DNA of 64,000 nt from an uncultured Clostridia bacterium (GTDB taxonomy: Bacteria; Bacillota; Clostridia; Christensenellales; Borkfalkiaceae), in assembly GCA_934271275.1 (NCBI GenBank), contig CAKQRD010000002.1:99925-163924 (forward strand), written 5' to 3'. Numbering within the stretch: the first letter of the stretch is position 1; each line of letters opens with the position of its first letter. Positions 8,920 through 19,687 of the stretch are shown here, piece by piece. A program made the translations under genes and the position numbers. The notes beneath the pieces were generated by a model. It searched no databases, was not told the origin of the DNA, and saw nothing but the letters and a program-made list of their open reading frames with translations.

Positions 8920-10404
8920 TTACTTTTTAACCGCGAAATCCTTTACAAGCTCTTTAAGCTCTGTTTTATCCGCAACCGTCGTAAATCTTTTCTCTTTCGA
9001 CTTTAATGCGGTTATCGAATGAGGCACGGGACAAGCCGTTTCCTTATACAATTTTTCCGCGCTTTTGAACGCGTCCGAAACCCTTTCGCCCGTTATCGCG
9101 CGAAGAACGCTTTGCGGGAATTTATACGGGCTTGCGGTAGAGAGGGTTACCATAACCTTGCTATCCCCCGAATACCTCCGGTACTTTTCTGCCACGCAAA
9201 CGGCGACGGCGGTATGCGGATCGAGAACGTAGCCGTACTCGTCGAAAAACCCGCCGATTTCCTCTTCGCACTCCTCTTCGTCCGCGCAGTCCGCGTAGAA
9301 CTCCTTTTGAAGCGAAGAAAGCTCTTCCTTCGTGACGGAGTATACGCCGCTCTTTTTAAGCTCCTGCATACGAGCTGCGGTAAGTTCCGCGTTCCTTCCC
9401 GAAATTTCAAATATAAGGCGTTCCAGATTGCTTGAAACGAGTATATCCATAGACGGCGAGGTCGTTTTGAAAAATTCTCTGTTCGCGTCGTAAGTTCCGT
9501 CCGCGAAAAACTCGGTAAGCACGTTGTTGGAGTTGGAAGCGCAAACCAGCTTCCCCACGGGAAGCCCCATTTTTTTCGCGTAATACCCCGCGAGGATATT
9601 GCCGAAATTCCCCGTCGGCACGACGAAATTCACTTCTTCTCCGAGCTTGATTTCCCCGCTCGAAACGAGGTCTGCGTATGCGGAAAAATAATAGGTTATC
9701 TGCGGCACGAGTCTTCCAAAATTTATGGAATTCGCACTCGAAAGCACCGCTCCGTTTTCTTTAAGCTCCGCGCAGAATTTTTCGTCAGAAAAAATGTTTT
9801 TGACGGCGGTCTGACAATCGTCGAAATTGCCTTTTACCGCCACGACGTTCACGTTATCACCTTCCTGCGTGCACATTTGCAGTTTCTGCATATCGGAAAC
9901 GCCTTGAGAAGGATAGAAAACCATAACTTTTATGCCTTCCGCGTTTTTAAAGCCTTCGAGCGCGGCTTTACCCGTGTCGCCGCTCGTCGCGACGAGAATA
10001 AGTATTTCTTCTTTTATGCCGCTTATATCCGAACCTTTACGGAGAAGATACGGAAGAAGAGTGAGAGCCATATCCTTGAACGCGAGCGTCGGTCCGTGGA
10101 AAAGCTCTAAAATAAAGAACCCGTCGTCCGTTTTCACGATGGGCGCGGCGTCGCCGTCCTCGAACTGCCCGTAAGCCTTTACGCAGGCGGACAAAAGCTC
10201 CTTCCCGTCGTATTCGGGAAGAAAACTGCCGATAACGAGCGCGGCGCGTTCCGCATACTCCATATCGAGCATCGCTTCTATTTTATCGCCGAGTTCGGGA
10301 AAGCTTTCCGGCACGAACAATCCGCCGTCCTCTGCCAGACCTTTCGCAATAGCGTAAGCGGCGGTTTCCGCAACCGATTTTCCTCTCGTACTTATAAATT
10401 TCAT
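8920..10404 (-). CDS. thrC: Threonine synthase (long form).
   Basis: Starts MKFISTRG; PLP-lysine region FHGPTLAFKDMAL; 494 aa. Confidence 0.88.
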   Translation of the reverse strand: MKFISTRGKSVAETAAYAIAKGLAEDGGLFVPESFPELGDKIEAMLDMEYAERAALVIGSFLPEYDGKELLSACVKAYGQFEDGDAAPIVKTDDGFFILELFHGPTLAFKDMALTLLPYLLRKGSDISGIKEEILILVATSGDTGKAALEGFKNAEGIKVMVFYPSQGVSDMQKLQMCTQEGDNVNVVAVKGNFDDCQTAVKNIFSDEKFCAELKENGAVLSSANSINFGRLVPQITYYFSAYADLVSSGEIKLGEEVNFVVPTGNFGNILAGYYAKKMGLPVGKLVCASNSNNVLTEFFADGTYDANREFFKTTSPSMDILVSSNLERLIFEISGRNAELTAARMQELKKSGVYSVTKEELSSLQKEFYADCADEEECEEEIGGFFDEYGYVLDPHTAVAVCVAEKYRRYSGDSKVMVTLSTASPYKFPQSVLRAITGERVSDAFKSAEKLYKETACPVPHSITALKSKEKRFTTVADKTELKELVKDFAVKK

Positions 10405-10508
10405 ATATACTCCGTTTTTTTTGGAAACTTCGCCGCGGCGCGCGTTTTTTTAAGCTTCACGCACTTTTTCTATGGCATCTGCCGAAGCGAAGAATTTTTC
10501 GTAAACAA

Positions 10509-10546
10509 ATAAAAAAATAGTCGGGACTTATTAAAGCTCCGACTAT
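10509..10546 (-). terminator. Rho-independent terminator downstream of the small P-loop gene.
   Basis: Hairpin tagtcggg-acttattaaagct-ccgacta followed by T-run on the minus strand (A-run on the plus strand). Confidence 0.5.
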
Positions 10547-10576
10547 TATTTTACAACATTTTTGCGTTAAAAACAA

Positions 10577-10984
10577 CTATTCTACGTGCTTTAACACGAA
10601 TTCGGGCAAATCTTCTTTCGTCGCGCTTACGGTAAGGACGAATTTCACGCCTTTTTCCTTTTCCAAGGTCTCCATCGCGTTGAAAATATTTTCAAGCTCA
10701 TTAAGCGGCTTATCGGTGATGCGGGCTATGCCGTCTATGAATATGTATTCGTTATCCCCGTTTGCGGCGACTATTCCTTTAAGGAAGCCGCGGAAGCCTT
10801 CCATACCCTGTATATCGAAATCTTCGGTGTTGATAAACCTTATCTGGTAATTTAAGTCGTAAGCGTATCTGTTGGTGTTCGTTATAAAGACGACGTGACC
10901 TTTTGCGGTTTCGAGAGCTTTTACCGCGCCGTCTATGATGGCTTTGGTTTTGCCTGTTCCCTTAGGTCCGTAAATAATCTTCAT
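10577..10984 (-). CDS. Small P-loop NTPase of unknown function.
   Basis: Walker A GPKGTGKT at residues 6-13; a Walker B-like YIFIDG; 135 aa. Confidence 0.45.
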   Translation of the reverse strand: MKIIYGPKGTGKTKAIIDGAVKALETAKGHVVFITNTNRYAYDLNYQIRFINTEDFDIQGMEGFRGFLKGIVAANGDNEYIFIDGIARITDKPLNELENIFNAMETLEKEKGVKFVLTVSATKEDLPEFVLKHVE

Positions 10985-11063
10985 AATTAGTTTTCCTCCT
11001 GCGGATTTCTTTTTCTTATATTCTATAACACTTTTCGGAAAATTACAATAGGTTTTTGAAAAT

Positions 11064-12464
11064 TTATTTGCTTAAAAGCAATAATTTTTTATGAAAAGCC
11101 TTATCGCACATAAGAATGAGGTCGTCAAGCTCGTCGTCGCCCATCACGCTGCAACGCCCTTCTTCGTATTCTTTATCGATAAGAGCTTTGACCTGCGCGA
11201 CTATCGGGTGCGTTTTATCTATCTTGTCCGCGTCTTCCAAAGCGTAGTACTGATTTATCCAGTACGCGATACCGGCAAGTCCGCTCGTGTTGTTTATGGA
11301 AACGCACATCGGGCGGTTAAGCAGTTTTTTCGTGTTGAACACGTTGTAAATCTCTTCGTCTTTGAGCATACCGTCCGCGTGGATACCCGCGCGGGTGGAA
11401 TTGAAGCTCCTTCCGACGAACGGTGTTCTCGAAGGTATGACGTACCCTATTTCCTTCTCGAAATAGTCCGCGATGTCGGTTATCGCGGTAAAGTCCATAC
11501 CGTCCTGCGTGCCTTTAAGCGAAGCGTATTCGATAGCCATCGCCTCTAACGGGCAGTTACCCGTGCGCTCGCCTATGCCGAGGAGGGCGCAGTTAACCGA
11601 GGAACAGCCGTAAAGCCACGCCGTGTCCGCGTTGGTAACGACCTTATAGAAGTCGTTGTGACCGTGCCATTCCAAAAGTTCGCTCGGAACTTCCGCATAG
11701 TGCCGAAGTCCGTATATAATTCCCGGAACGCTTCTCGGAAGAGCCGCGCCGGGGAAGTTTACGCCGAAGCCCATAGTGTCGCACGCCCTGATTTTTATCG
11801 GGATTCCGCTTTCGTTATAAAGCTTCATAAGCTCGGTTGCGAACGGAACGACGAAGCCGTAGAAATCCGCCCTCGTAATATCCTCGAAGTGGCACCTCGG
11901 ACGGATACCCGCGGAAAGCGCGTCTTTTACTATGCCCAGATATTTATCGAGCGCCTGTGCGCGCGTCAGATTCATTTTTTTGAAAATGTGATAGTCCGAA
12001 CAGCTTACGAGAACGCCCGTTTCTTTAAGCTCCATTTCCTTGACGAGCTGAAAGTCCTTCGCGTTGGCACGAATCCAGCTTGTGACCTCGGGAAATTCAA
12101 GTCCCAAATCTCTGCACGCTTCCGCCGCCTTTCTGTCCTTTTCCGAATAAAGGAAGAACTCCGACTGACGGATAAGCCCTTTTTTGCCGCCGAGACGAGA
12201 CATAAGCTTAAAAAGTTCTACTATCTGCTCCACCGTGAACGGCGACATAGACTGCTGCCCGTCGCGGAAAGTTGTATCGGTAATCCAGATTTCCTCGGGC
12301 ATGCCCATCGGCACGAAACGCGAATTGAATATTACCTTCGGCACGCTGTCGTAATCGAAAATATCGCGATAAAGCTGCGGTTCTTTAACGTCCTGTAAAG
12401 AGTAACTGTATATTTTCTCTTCCAGCAGGTTGGTTTTTTTGTTTAACGTAACTTTTGTTTCCAT
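11064..12464 (-). CDS. HMGL-like / LeuA-family acyl-CoA-dependent synthase. Candidates are citramalate synthase, homocitrate synthase or Re-citrate synthase.
   Basis: TDTTFRDGQQS motif at the start of the TIM barrel; HxH metal site (WHGHND); 466 aa with an N-terminal extension of about 50 aa. Confidence 0.65.
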   Translation of the reverse strand: METKVTLNKKTNLLEEKIYSYSLQDVKEPQLYRDIFDYDSVPKVIFNSRFVPMGMPEEIWITDTTFRDGQQSMSPFTVEQIVELFKLMSRLGGKKGLIRQSEFFLYSEKDRKAAEACRDLGLEFPEVTSWIRANAKDFQLVKEMELKETGVLVSCSDYHIFKKMNLTRAQALDKYLGIVKDALSAGIRPRCHFEDITRADFYGFVVPFATELMKLYNESGIPIKIRACDTMGFGVNFPGAALPRSVPGIIYGLRHYAEVPSELLEWHGHNDFYKVVTNADTAWLYGCSSVNCALLGIGERTGNCPLEAMAIEYASLKGTQDGMDFTAITDIADYFEKEIGYVIPSRTPFVGRSFNSTRAGIHADGMLKDEEIYNVFNTKKLLNRPMCVSINNTSGLAGIAYWINQYYALEDADKIDKTHPIVAQVKALIDKEYEEGRCSVMGDDELDDLILMCDKAFHKKLLLLSK

Positions 12465-12490
12465 TTTATAGTCTCCTTTTTTTTCGGCGG

Positions 12491-13684
12491 CTAATTCAGT
12501 TCCGCAATAAAATCTTTTAATCTTTTCAAGCCTTCTTTAATGTCCTCTATGGATATTGCGTAAGAAAGTCTTATACAATCGTCGTCGCCGAAGGCTATAC
12601 CCGGCACGACCGCCACGCCCTTTTTGAGCGCAAGCTCCGCAAACGAAAGAGAACCCGTGACCTTTTCGTCCTGAAAGCTCTTGCCGTAAAAAGCTGAAAC
12701 GTCCGCGAAAACGTAGAACGCGCCCTTCGGTTCGGGAAGAACGACTCCCTTTATCGCTTGCAGGGTTTTCACCATATAAATTCTTCTTTCGTCGAAGGTT
12801 TTCTGCATTTTTTCTATAAACTTATCGCTTTCTTCCGATTCGAGCGCGGCGACCGAAGCGTACTGCGCGATAGAACACGCGTTACTGGTCGTGTGGCTCT
12901 GCATAGAAGAAACGGCTTTCGCTATATCCTTGGGCGCGGCAAGATAGCCTATACGCCAGCCCGTCATAGAATACGACTTGCTCATTCCGTTCACGACTAC
13001 GGTATGCTCTTTCATATACGGCGAAAGCGCGGCTATCGAATAATGTTTTTCTCCGCCGTAAACGAGCTTTTCGTAAATTTCGTCCGAGATCACGTATACG
13101 CCTTTCTCCTCGCATATCTTTGCTATCGCAAGAAGTTCTTCTTTTGAATAAACAGCTCCCGTAGGATTATTTGGCGAATTGAGAATGAGGAGTTTGGTTT
13201 TATCCGTTACCGCGGCGGAAAGCTCTTCCGCGGTCATTTTGTAGCCGTCGTTTGCCGTCGTTTTTATAAATACCGTTTTGCCGCCCGCAAGCTTTACGAG
13301 TTCGGGATAAGTAAGCCAGTAAGGAGACGGCAAAATCACCTCGTCGCCCTCGTCTACCATCGCGCAAATCGCGTGGAAAAGCGAGCTTTTCGCTCCGGTC
13401 GAAACGACTATTTGCGAAGGCTCGTACGAAAGCCCGTTGTCTTTAAGAAATTTCTTGCAAATCGCTTCCTTAAGCTCGGGCATACCCGCGGCGGGAGTAT
13501 ATTTCGTAAAGCCTATGTCGAGCGCGTGTTTTGCGGCGTTCGTTATGTATTCGGGGGTATTGAAATCGGGTTCGCCCGCGCCGAAACCGATTATGGAAAC
13601 TCCCTCCGCTTTGAGTTTCTTCGCCTTCGCGGTTATTTCAAGCGTCAACGAGGGTGCGATTTCTCCGACTTTTTTTGATACCAT
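12491..13684 (-). CDS. Aspartate/aromatic aminotransferase (class I PLP fold).
   Basis: Motifs SPNNPTG, YSKEEL and the PLP-lysine region NGMSKSYSMTGWRIGY. The ORF-track start at 13798 adds an implausible extension, so the start is placed at the internal Met of MVSKKVGEI. Confidence 0.8.
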   Translation of the reverse strand: MVSKKVGEIAPSLTLEITAKAKKLKAEGVSIIGFGAGEPDFNTPEYITNAAKHALDIGFTKYTPAAGMPELKEAICKKFLKDNGLSYEPSQIVVSTGAKSSLFHAICAMVDEGDEVILPSPYWLTYPELVKLAGGKTVFIKTTANDGYKMTAEELSAAVTDKTKLLILNSPNNPTGAVYSKEELLAIAKICEEKGVYVISDEIYEKLVYGGEKHYSIAALSPYMKEHTVVVNGMSKSYSMTGWRIGYLAAPKDIAKAVSSMQSHTTSNACSIAQYASVAALESEESDKFIEKMQKTFDERRIYMVKTLQAIKGVVLPEPKGAFYVFADVSAFYGKSFQDEKVTGSLSFAELALKKGVAVVPGIAFGDDDCIRLSYAISIEDIKEGLKRLKDFIAELN

Positions 13685-13751
13685 AATAGTTTTTCTCCTT
13701 TCTTCCTTGCATGCTTGTTGGTTTTTGGCTGGTTGTCTGAGCGAACGTATA

Positions 13752-14831
13752 TTACTCCTCGTCGGAGCTGCCCGCGAGCTTTCTTTCTCTGTCCGCAATA
13801 GACAAGCGTTCTATCATCTCGTCTATGTCGCCCATTATAAATTCTTCTATATTATACTGCGTAAAACCGATTCTGTGGTCGGTAACTCTTCCCTGCGGGA
13901 AGTTATAGGTTCTGATACGCTCCGAACGGTCGCCCGTGCCGACCTGACTGCGGCGGTTTTCCGAGTATTCCTTATCCGCCTGCGACTGATAATAATCGTA
14001 AAGACGGCTTTTTAATACCTTCATCGCCTTTTCGCGATTTTTGGTCTGCGAACGCTCGTCCTGACACAGCACGACTATTCCCGTGGGAATGTGCGTAAGT
14101 CTTATGCAGGACTCGGTTTTGTTTATGTGCTGACCGCCCGCGCCGCTGCTCCTTAAAGTATCTACGCGGAGGTCTTTTTCGTCTATATGCACTTCGACGT
14201 CCGTCGCTTCGGGAAGCACCGCCACCGTCGCCGTGGAGGTGTGAACGCGCCCCTGCGATTCGGTTTCCGGCACTCTCTGCACCCTATGCACGCCGCTTTC
14301 GTATTTAAGCTTTCCGAACGCGGACTTGCCGCTTATCGAAAACACGACTTCCTTAACGCCGCCGAGTTCGGTGGAGTTATTCTCTATCTCTTCCGTTTTC
14401 CAGCGGTTCTTTTCGGCGTATTTAACGTACATTCTGTAAAGCTCGTAAGCGAAAAGGCTCGCCTCCTCGCCGCCCGCGCCCGCGCGGATTTCCATTATAA
14501 CGTTTTTGTCGTCGTCGGGATCTTTCGGGAGAAGCAGAATACGCAGTTCTTCCGAAAGCTTTTCGAGCTTAACCTTATCGCTTTCTATTTCCTCTTCGAT
14601 AAGCGCGCGCATTTCGGCGTCTTTCTCTTCGGGAAGCTGAACTTTAAGACTTTCCATATCCTCGCCGACTTTTTTATACTCCGTATATTTTTCAACCGTT
14701 TCGGACATATCGGCAAGCTCTTTGGTATAAGCCTTCCACTCGTCCATTTTCGCGATGACCTCCGGATCGGACACGAGTTCGTTCAGTTTTGCGTATCTTT
14801 CGAGCATTTTGTCGAGTTTTTTAAACATCAA
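13752..14831 (-). CDS. prfA: Peptide chain release factor 1.
   Basis: GGQ motif ([13 protein letters not shown]) and the RF1-type PxT tripeptide region ([17 protein letters not shown]). Confidence 0.88.
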   Translation of the reverse strand: MMFKKLDKMLERYAKLNELVSDPEVIAKMDEWKAYTKELADMSETVEKYTEYKKVGEDMESLKVQLPEEKDAEMRALIEEEIESDKVKLEKLSEELRILLLPKDPDDDKNVIMEIRAGAGGEEASLFAYELYRMYVKYAEKNRWKTEEIENNSTELGGVKEVVFSISGKSAFGKLKYESGVHRVQRVPETESQGRVHTSTATVAVLPEATDVEVHIDEKDLRVDTLRSSGAGGQHINKTESCIRLTHIPTGIVVLCQDERSQTKNREKAMKVLKSRLYDYYQSQADKEYSENRRSQVGTGDRSERIRTYNFPQGRVTDHRIGFTQYNIEEFIMGDIDEMIERLSIADRERKLAGSSDEE

Positions 14832-16765
14832 TATACCGCCTTGATTATTCTGTCTTTCCCTTCGTAGTCTTTTATAACTTTAATTTCTTCGGCTTTCTTT
14901 AATAACTTTACGACTTCTTCCGCCTGATCGTAACCTATTTCGAGAAAAAGCGCGCCGCCCTTTTTAAGATGCTTTTTAGCGGCTTTCGCTATTATTCTGT
15001 AAAAATCGAGTCCGTCCTCGCCGCCGTCGAGCGCGATTTTCGGCTCGAAGCTTATTTCTTTTTGCAGACTGTCTATATCGCCGGTTTTAATATACGGCGG
15101 ATTAGAAATAATAACGTCGAACTCTCTGTCCTTCAGATTTTCAAACGCGTCCGACAAAACGAATTCTATCTCCGCGCCGTTTATTTCCGCATTCCCTTTC
15201 GCGAGCGACAACGCGCCCTCCGAAATATCGGAAGCGGTCACCTTTGCCCCGCTTTCCTTTTTTACCGCCACGGCTATCGCGCCGCTGCCCGTGCAAAGGT
15301 CGAGAACCTCGCTGTCTTTTCCTATAACGCCGAGCGCGTTTTCAACTAGCAGCTCCGTTTCGGGACGAGGAATAAGCGCTCTTTCGTCCACTTTGATTTT
15401 ATAACCGTAAAAATCGGTATCGCCGACACAATACCAAAGCGGTTTGCCCGTCAGCCTTTCTTCAACGAGTTTATTCACCTTTTCGACGAGCGACGGCGAA
15501 ACGAGTTTATCGGAGTCAAGCTCGTCGCGTTTTACGCCGATAGTTAAAGAAACTATCCACTCCGCTTCCGCGCTCTCGTCTATTCCGCCCGCTTTCAATT
15601 TCTCTGAAACACGAGAAAGAAGTTCGCGGCGTTTTTCCGCGGTGACGAATTTCTTTTCGGGGATAGTCGGATCCGCGTCCATTTGAAGCACCGCGTTAAA
15701 GGCGGTTATGGCGACTTCGAGCATATCGTCCGTAGGCTCTTTGGTGGTTATTCTTTGCAGAAGAAGACCGGGGACTTTCAGCGGAAGCACGAGCGGGCTT
15801 TTGGTTTTGGCAAGAGCTTTTAACAGCTCGTAAGAAAGTCCCGCGACGACGGGCAGAAGAAGGAGTTTACACAAAACCCTCAACGCCCCGTTAAGCTCCC
15901 CTCCGACGAGCGACTCGAAGCACGCGAAAACTATTATGCTGATAACGAGTACGAAAACGATAAAGGTAGTTCCGCACCTGTCGTGAACTCGGGTGCATTT
16001 TCTCGCGTTTTCAACGGTTAAAGGAAGCCCTTTTTCGTAACAGCTTATCGTTTTATGCTCCGCGCCGTGATACATAAACGTTCTTCTTATATCTTTAAGA
16101 AGGGAGCATAAAAGTATATACGAAACGAATATGAGGAGCTTTAAGCCGCCCTCGATAAAGTTTTTAGCCCATACGCCGAACGTTTGATTTTCGGGAAGAA
16201 ACCATTTTTCAAACAATCCGCGCACGAACTGCGGAAGCCACATAAACAATAGTATTGCGAGCGCAAGCCCTATTATCATAGATATTCCGCTCACAACGCT
16301 CATTACGTTGATTTTAAGCTTTTCCGAAACCCATTTCTCGAATTTAGAGGGTTCTCCCTCGCCGTAAACGTCCGCGGAACGCATAAGACACGCCGTGCCG
16401 CCGACGAGCGACTGCACGAACGAATATACCCCGCGCACTATCGGCAGACGGAAAAAGAAATTTCTTTCTTTTACGGGCTTAACGCGCTTCGTTTCGAGAC
16501 GGATAATTCCGTCTTCGTCTCTTACGGCAAGAGCCTCCGAGCTTGCGCCGCGCATCATAACGCCTTCCAAAACGGCTTGACCGCCGATAGAAGTTACGCG
16601 CTTTTTAGCTTTCGCCGCCTTTTTCTCGGCTTTTCTTGCCGCTTTTATCTCGGCCTTGATTTTCGGGTTTTCGCCGCTTGCATTGCCGTCGCAGACATTT
16701 TCCGCCGCACCGCCGCTCTCGCCGAAGTTATCGGCATTAAGTTCTTTAATATTTTCGTCAGACAT
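14828..16765 (-). CDS. prmC: Fusion protein: DUF1385 (YqhQ-like) membrane domain plus release-factor glutamine N5-methyltransferase PrmC.
   Basis: Central [13 protein letters not shown] block (DUF1385) with TM helices; C-terminal class I methyltransferase with VIISNPPY. It overlaps prfA by 4 nt. Confidence 0.75.
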   Translation of the reverse strand: MSDENIKELNADNFGESGGAAENVCDGNASGENPKIKAEIKAARKAEKKAAKAKKRVTSIGGQAVLEGVMMRGASSEALAVRDEDGIIRLETKRVKPVKERNFFFRLPIVRGVYSFVQSLVGGTACLMRSADVYGEGEPSKFEKWVSEKLKINVMSVVSGISMIIGLALAILLFMWLPQFVRGLFEKWFLPENQTFGVWAKNFIEGGLKLLIFVSYILLCSLLKDIRRTFMYHGAEHKTISCYEKGLPLTVENARKCTRVHDRCGTTFIVFVLVISIIVFACFESLVGGELNGALRVLCKLLLLPVVAGLSYELLKALAKTKSPLVLPLKVPGLLLQRITTKEPTDDMLEVAITAFNAVLQMDADPTIPEKKFVTAEKRRELLSRVSEKLKAGGIDESAEAEWIVSLTIGVKRDELDSDKLVSPSLVEKVNKLVEERLTGKPLWYCVGDTDFYGYKIKVDERALIPRPETELLVENALGVIGKDSEVLDLCTGSGAIAVAVKKESGAKVTASDISEGALSLAKGNAEINGAEIEFVLSDAFENLKDREFDVIISNPPYIKTGDIDSLQKEISFEPKIALDGGEDGLDFYRIIAKAAKKHLKKGGALFLEIGYDQAEEVVKLLKKAEEIKVIKDYEGKDRIIKAVY

Positions 16766-16767
16766 TA

Positions 16768-16829
16768 AGAAAAAAAATAAAAATAAAAGAAAAAGCGGCT
16801 TTAAGGGTAGTAAATACTCTTAAAGCCGC
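16768..16829 (-). terminator. Rho-independent terminator downstream of rpmE.
   Basis: Hairpin gcggctttaag-ggtagtaaatactc-ttaaagccgc with a long T-run on the minus strand. Confidence 0.55.
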
Positions 16830-16841
16830 GAAGCAAACGTA

Positions 16842-17051
16842 TTATTTTGCCTTGCCGTATCTCTTGTTGAATTTGTCAACGCGGCCGCCGGTATCCACCA
16901 ACTTTTGCTTACCCGTAAAGAAAGGATGGCATTTGGAACAAATATCAACCTTTATAACGTCAGTTTTTTTAGTAGAACCGGTTTTGAAAGTTTCGCCGCA
17001 GGCACATTGAACCGTTACTTCATGATAATCCGGATGTATTCCCTGTTTCAT
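16842..17051 (-). CDS. rpmE: 50S ribosomal protein L31 (Zn-ribbon C+ form).
   Basis: [22 protein letters not shown]...[13 protein letters not shown]. Confidence 0.9.
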   Translation of the reverse strand: MKQGIHPDYHEVTVQCACGETFKTGSTKKTDVIKVDICSKCHPFFTGKQKLVDTGGRVDKFNKRYGKAK

Positions 17052-17163
17052 AAAACACCTCAAAATTTATTTACCGTGTAATTATAAAACATTTTTTATT
17101 TTTAGTCAACTATATCCGCCTTATTTTTCGCGTTTTTATCAAAAGTTTTACTTATACCCCGCG

Positions 17164-17204
17164 CAATCGGAGCGTAATCGGGGAACAATCGGGGTGTAAT
17201 CGCG
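17164..17204. repeat. Four phased copies of (C/T)AATCG(G/C)GG at an exact 11-bp period in the divergent rpmE / oxidoreductase promoter region.
   Basis: aatcg begins at 17165, 17176, 17187 and 17198. A further pair, gcgagcaaga, sits at 17231 and 17263. Confidence 0.5.
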
Positions 17205-17410
17205 GCGCAAACGTAGACGCGAACGGAGAGCGAGCAAGACTATCCCCAAACACAAGCGGGGTGCGAGCAAGATGCAAACGGGCGCTACGAGAAATTCGGT
17301 CAGATTCTCCCGCCCGCGAGGCAATATTTTTTCGCGGCGTGGTTATTTGCTTGATTTTTTTTGCGTTTTGATATATACTTTATTGCAAAGTTCAAAAAAA
17401 CGGAGTGCTT

Positions 17411-18427
17411 ATGAAAGGTTGGAAGCTCGTTAAGCCCCATACTCTCGAAGAAAAGGAGCTTGCGGAAACCGAAAATACAACGGCTTGCACGAAGGTGAGA
17501 ATTACTAAGGCTCTCCTTTCCCTTTCGGACGTTTTGTGCTATCGCGGCGATATCGACTGCGAAAACGTCGTTCTCGGAAGCTCGGGCATAGGCGTCGTTT
17601 CCGAAACGGAAGCGAACCTGTTCGGTTTAGAGAAAGGCAAGCACATTTACGTCGAACCGTGTAAGGAATGCGGCGAATGTTACAACTGCAAAAACCGCGA
17701 ATTCGACAAATGCCTCGACAGGCTCGTCGCGGGCGAAGATTACGACGGATTTTTAAGCGACTTTATGTCCGTTCCGCACGAAAAACTGTTCGTTCTCCCC
17801 GAGAGCGTTTCCGATTTCGAGGCGTTGTTTATAGACCATATTTCCCTTGCCGTCGCCGTGGTTGATAAGCTCGGCGTGCAGAAGGGCGATTACGTCGCGA
17901 TACTCGGCGCGAACAACTTCGGCAACATTCTCGCCCAGCTCCTCATTTATTATCAGGCGGTTCCCATCGTTTTAACCAACGACGAAGAAGATTACGAAAT
18001 AGCCAAAAAGTCGGGCGTTTACTACGTTTTGGGCAAAGACGACAATTGGCAGAAAGAAGTCTCTTCCATAACGAGCGGCAGAATGGCGGATAAAGCGGTG
18101 TTCATTTACGAATCTAATATCCCCATAATAAAAGCCTTCTCCCTCGCCTCGTTCAACGCGGCGGTGGCGATAACGGGCGTGACTTCGGGCAGTATTTCCA
18201 TTTCTTTTACGCAGGCAATCAAAAAACAGCTCGACATTCTTTGCATAAACAACGGCTACGGCAACGCGGCTTCCGCGATAAACCTTATCGCGAACAAGGC
18301 GATAAATCTTTCGCAGTTAAAGCTCGCTTCCGCAACCTACGAATCCGTTCCCGAAACGTTTGAAAAACTCTCGAAAGAATACGACGAGACGGGCAAAATT
18401 TACGAAACGGTCATCGACCTTATTTAA
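17411..18427 (+). CDS. Medium-chain dehydrogenase/reductase (MDR)-family oxidoreductase-like protein.
   Basis: GroES-like N-domain and Rossmann region (VAILGANNFGNILAQLL). Confidence 0.5.
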   Translation: MKGWKLVKPHTLEEKELAETENTTACTKVRITKALLSLSDVLCYRGDIDCENVVLGSSGIGVVSETEANLFGLEKGKHIYVEPCKECGECYNCKNREFDKCLDRLVAGEDYDGFLSDFMSVPHEKLFVLPESVSDFEALFIDHISLAVAVVDKLGVQKGDYVAILGANNFGNILAQLLIYYQAVPIVLTNDEEDYEIAKKSGVYYVLGKDDNWQKEVSSITSGRMADKAVFIYESNIPIIKAFSLASFNAAVAITGVTSGSISISFTQAIKKQLDILCINNGYGNAASAINLIANKAINLSQLKLASATYESVPETFEKLSKEYDETGKIYETVIDLI

Positions 18428-18589
18428 TTTACGAAACGGTTTCGTACTTTAATTATTGATTTTATATAATACTTTTTTTATTAAAAACCTCCCGCGGCGG
18501 CTCGTTGCCGCCGCGGGAGGTTTACTTTTTTTCAATAGATTTAATTTTGGTTTTACTTCGCGTTTTGAATTTACTTCGCTTTTTGGACT

Positions 18590-19687
18590 TTACTTCGCGT
18601 ATTTTCTTATAATCGCCTGCATTTCGGGAAGGCGTTTTTCCATAAGCGAAACGAGCTTAAACTGCGTTCTCGCGCGGTCGAGATTGTGATTTTCTCTCGA
18701 AGTTCTGAAATACACGTCGCCGCGGAGATAATCTTCTAAAAATCTTATGCCGCACTCGTAGGTCATCATAATCGCGCCGAGCGGCAAATTATCGAGTTCC
18801 GCTTCCGTCAGGCAGCCTTTAAGCTCGGACAAATACCCCTTTGCGTACACGTCGAAAAGCTCCAAAGAGAAATCGACTTTATCGAGATTCGGTTCGTCCT
18901 CCGCCGCGGTATTGCAGCCGAAACGAATACTGTCGCCGAAGTCGTAACACGTCGAACCCGGCATAATGGTATCGAGATCTATAACCGCAAGGGCTTTATT
19001 CGTCTTCGCGTCGAACAAAACGTTGTTAAGTTTGGTGTCGTTATGCGTAACCCTCGAAGGAATTTCCTTAGAAGCAAGCTTATCCACGATTTTACCCGTC
19101 ATGTCCTTTCTCGCAAGCGCGAATTCTATTTCCGCTTTTACGGAATCTTTTCTTCCCGCTTCGTTTTCTTCTATCGCGTTAAGAAGGTCGTTAAAACGCT
19201 TTTTCGTATCGTGGAACTGCGGAATCGACTCGTATAAAAGCGACGCGTCGAAATCCGCAAGCATTGCCGCGAAACGCCCGAACGCAACCGCCGACTGATA
19301 AAATATTTCGGGGTTTTCCGCTATCTGATACGCCGCGGAATCTTCTATGAAAAGATATACTCTGAAATAATTTTCGCCGTCCGTCCAGAACACTTTTTCG
19401 TCTTTTGCGGGAATAAGCGTCATGGTTTCTCTGTCGGAATCGCCTCCGCGCGCCGTAACGATTTTTCTCGCAAATTCGGTAACGAGTTTAATGTTGTTCA
19501 TAAGCCGCGGAACGTCTTTGAAAATCTTGTTGTTCACGCGCTGCAATATATATTGTTTTTTACCGCCGTTCGCGGTAGTTTTAACAAGATAAGTATCGTT
19601 TATATGTCCTGCGCCGTAGCGTTCGCAATAAGTGACTTCTCCTTCAATCCCGAAATGCGCGCACGCACCCAAAGCGTCGTAACCCAT
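18590..19687 (-). CDS. Phosphotransferase of the APH/choline-kinase-like family; a sugar or N-acetylhexosamine kinase-like function is possible.
   Basis: Nucleotide-binding block GAGHINDTYLV; Brenner motif HNDTKLNNVLFD; DxD (IDLDT) activation segment. Confidence 0.6.
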   Translation of the reverse strand: MGYDALGACAHFGIEGEVTYCERYGAGHINDTYLVKTTANGGKKQYILQRVNNKIFKDVPRLMNNIKLVTEFARKIVTARGGDSDRETMTLIPAKDEKVFWTDGENYFRVYLFIEDSAAYQIAENPEIFYQSAVAFGRFAAMLADFDASLLYESIPQFHDTKKRFNDLLNAIEENEAGRKDSVKAEIEFALARKDMTGKIVDKLASKEIPSRVTHNDTKLNNVLFDAKTNKALAVIDLDTIMPGSTCYDFGDSIRFGCNTAAEDEPNLDKVDFSLELFDVYAKGYLSELKGCLTEAELDNLPLGAIMMTYECGIRFLEDYLRGDVYFRTSRENHNLDRARTQFKLVSLMEKRLPEMQAIIRKYAK

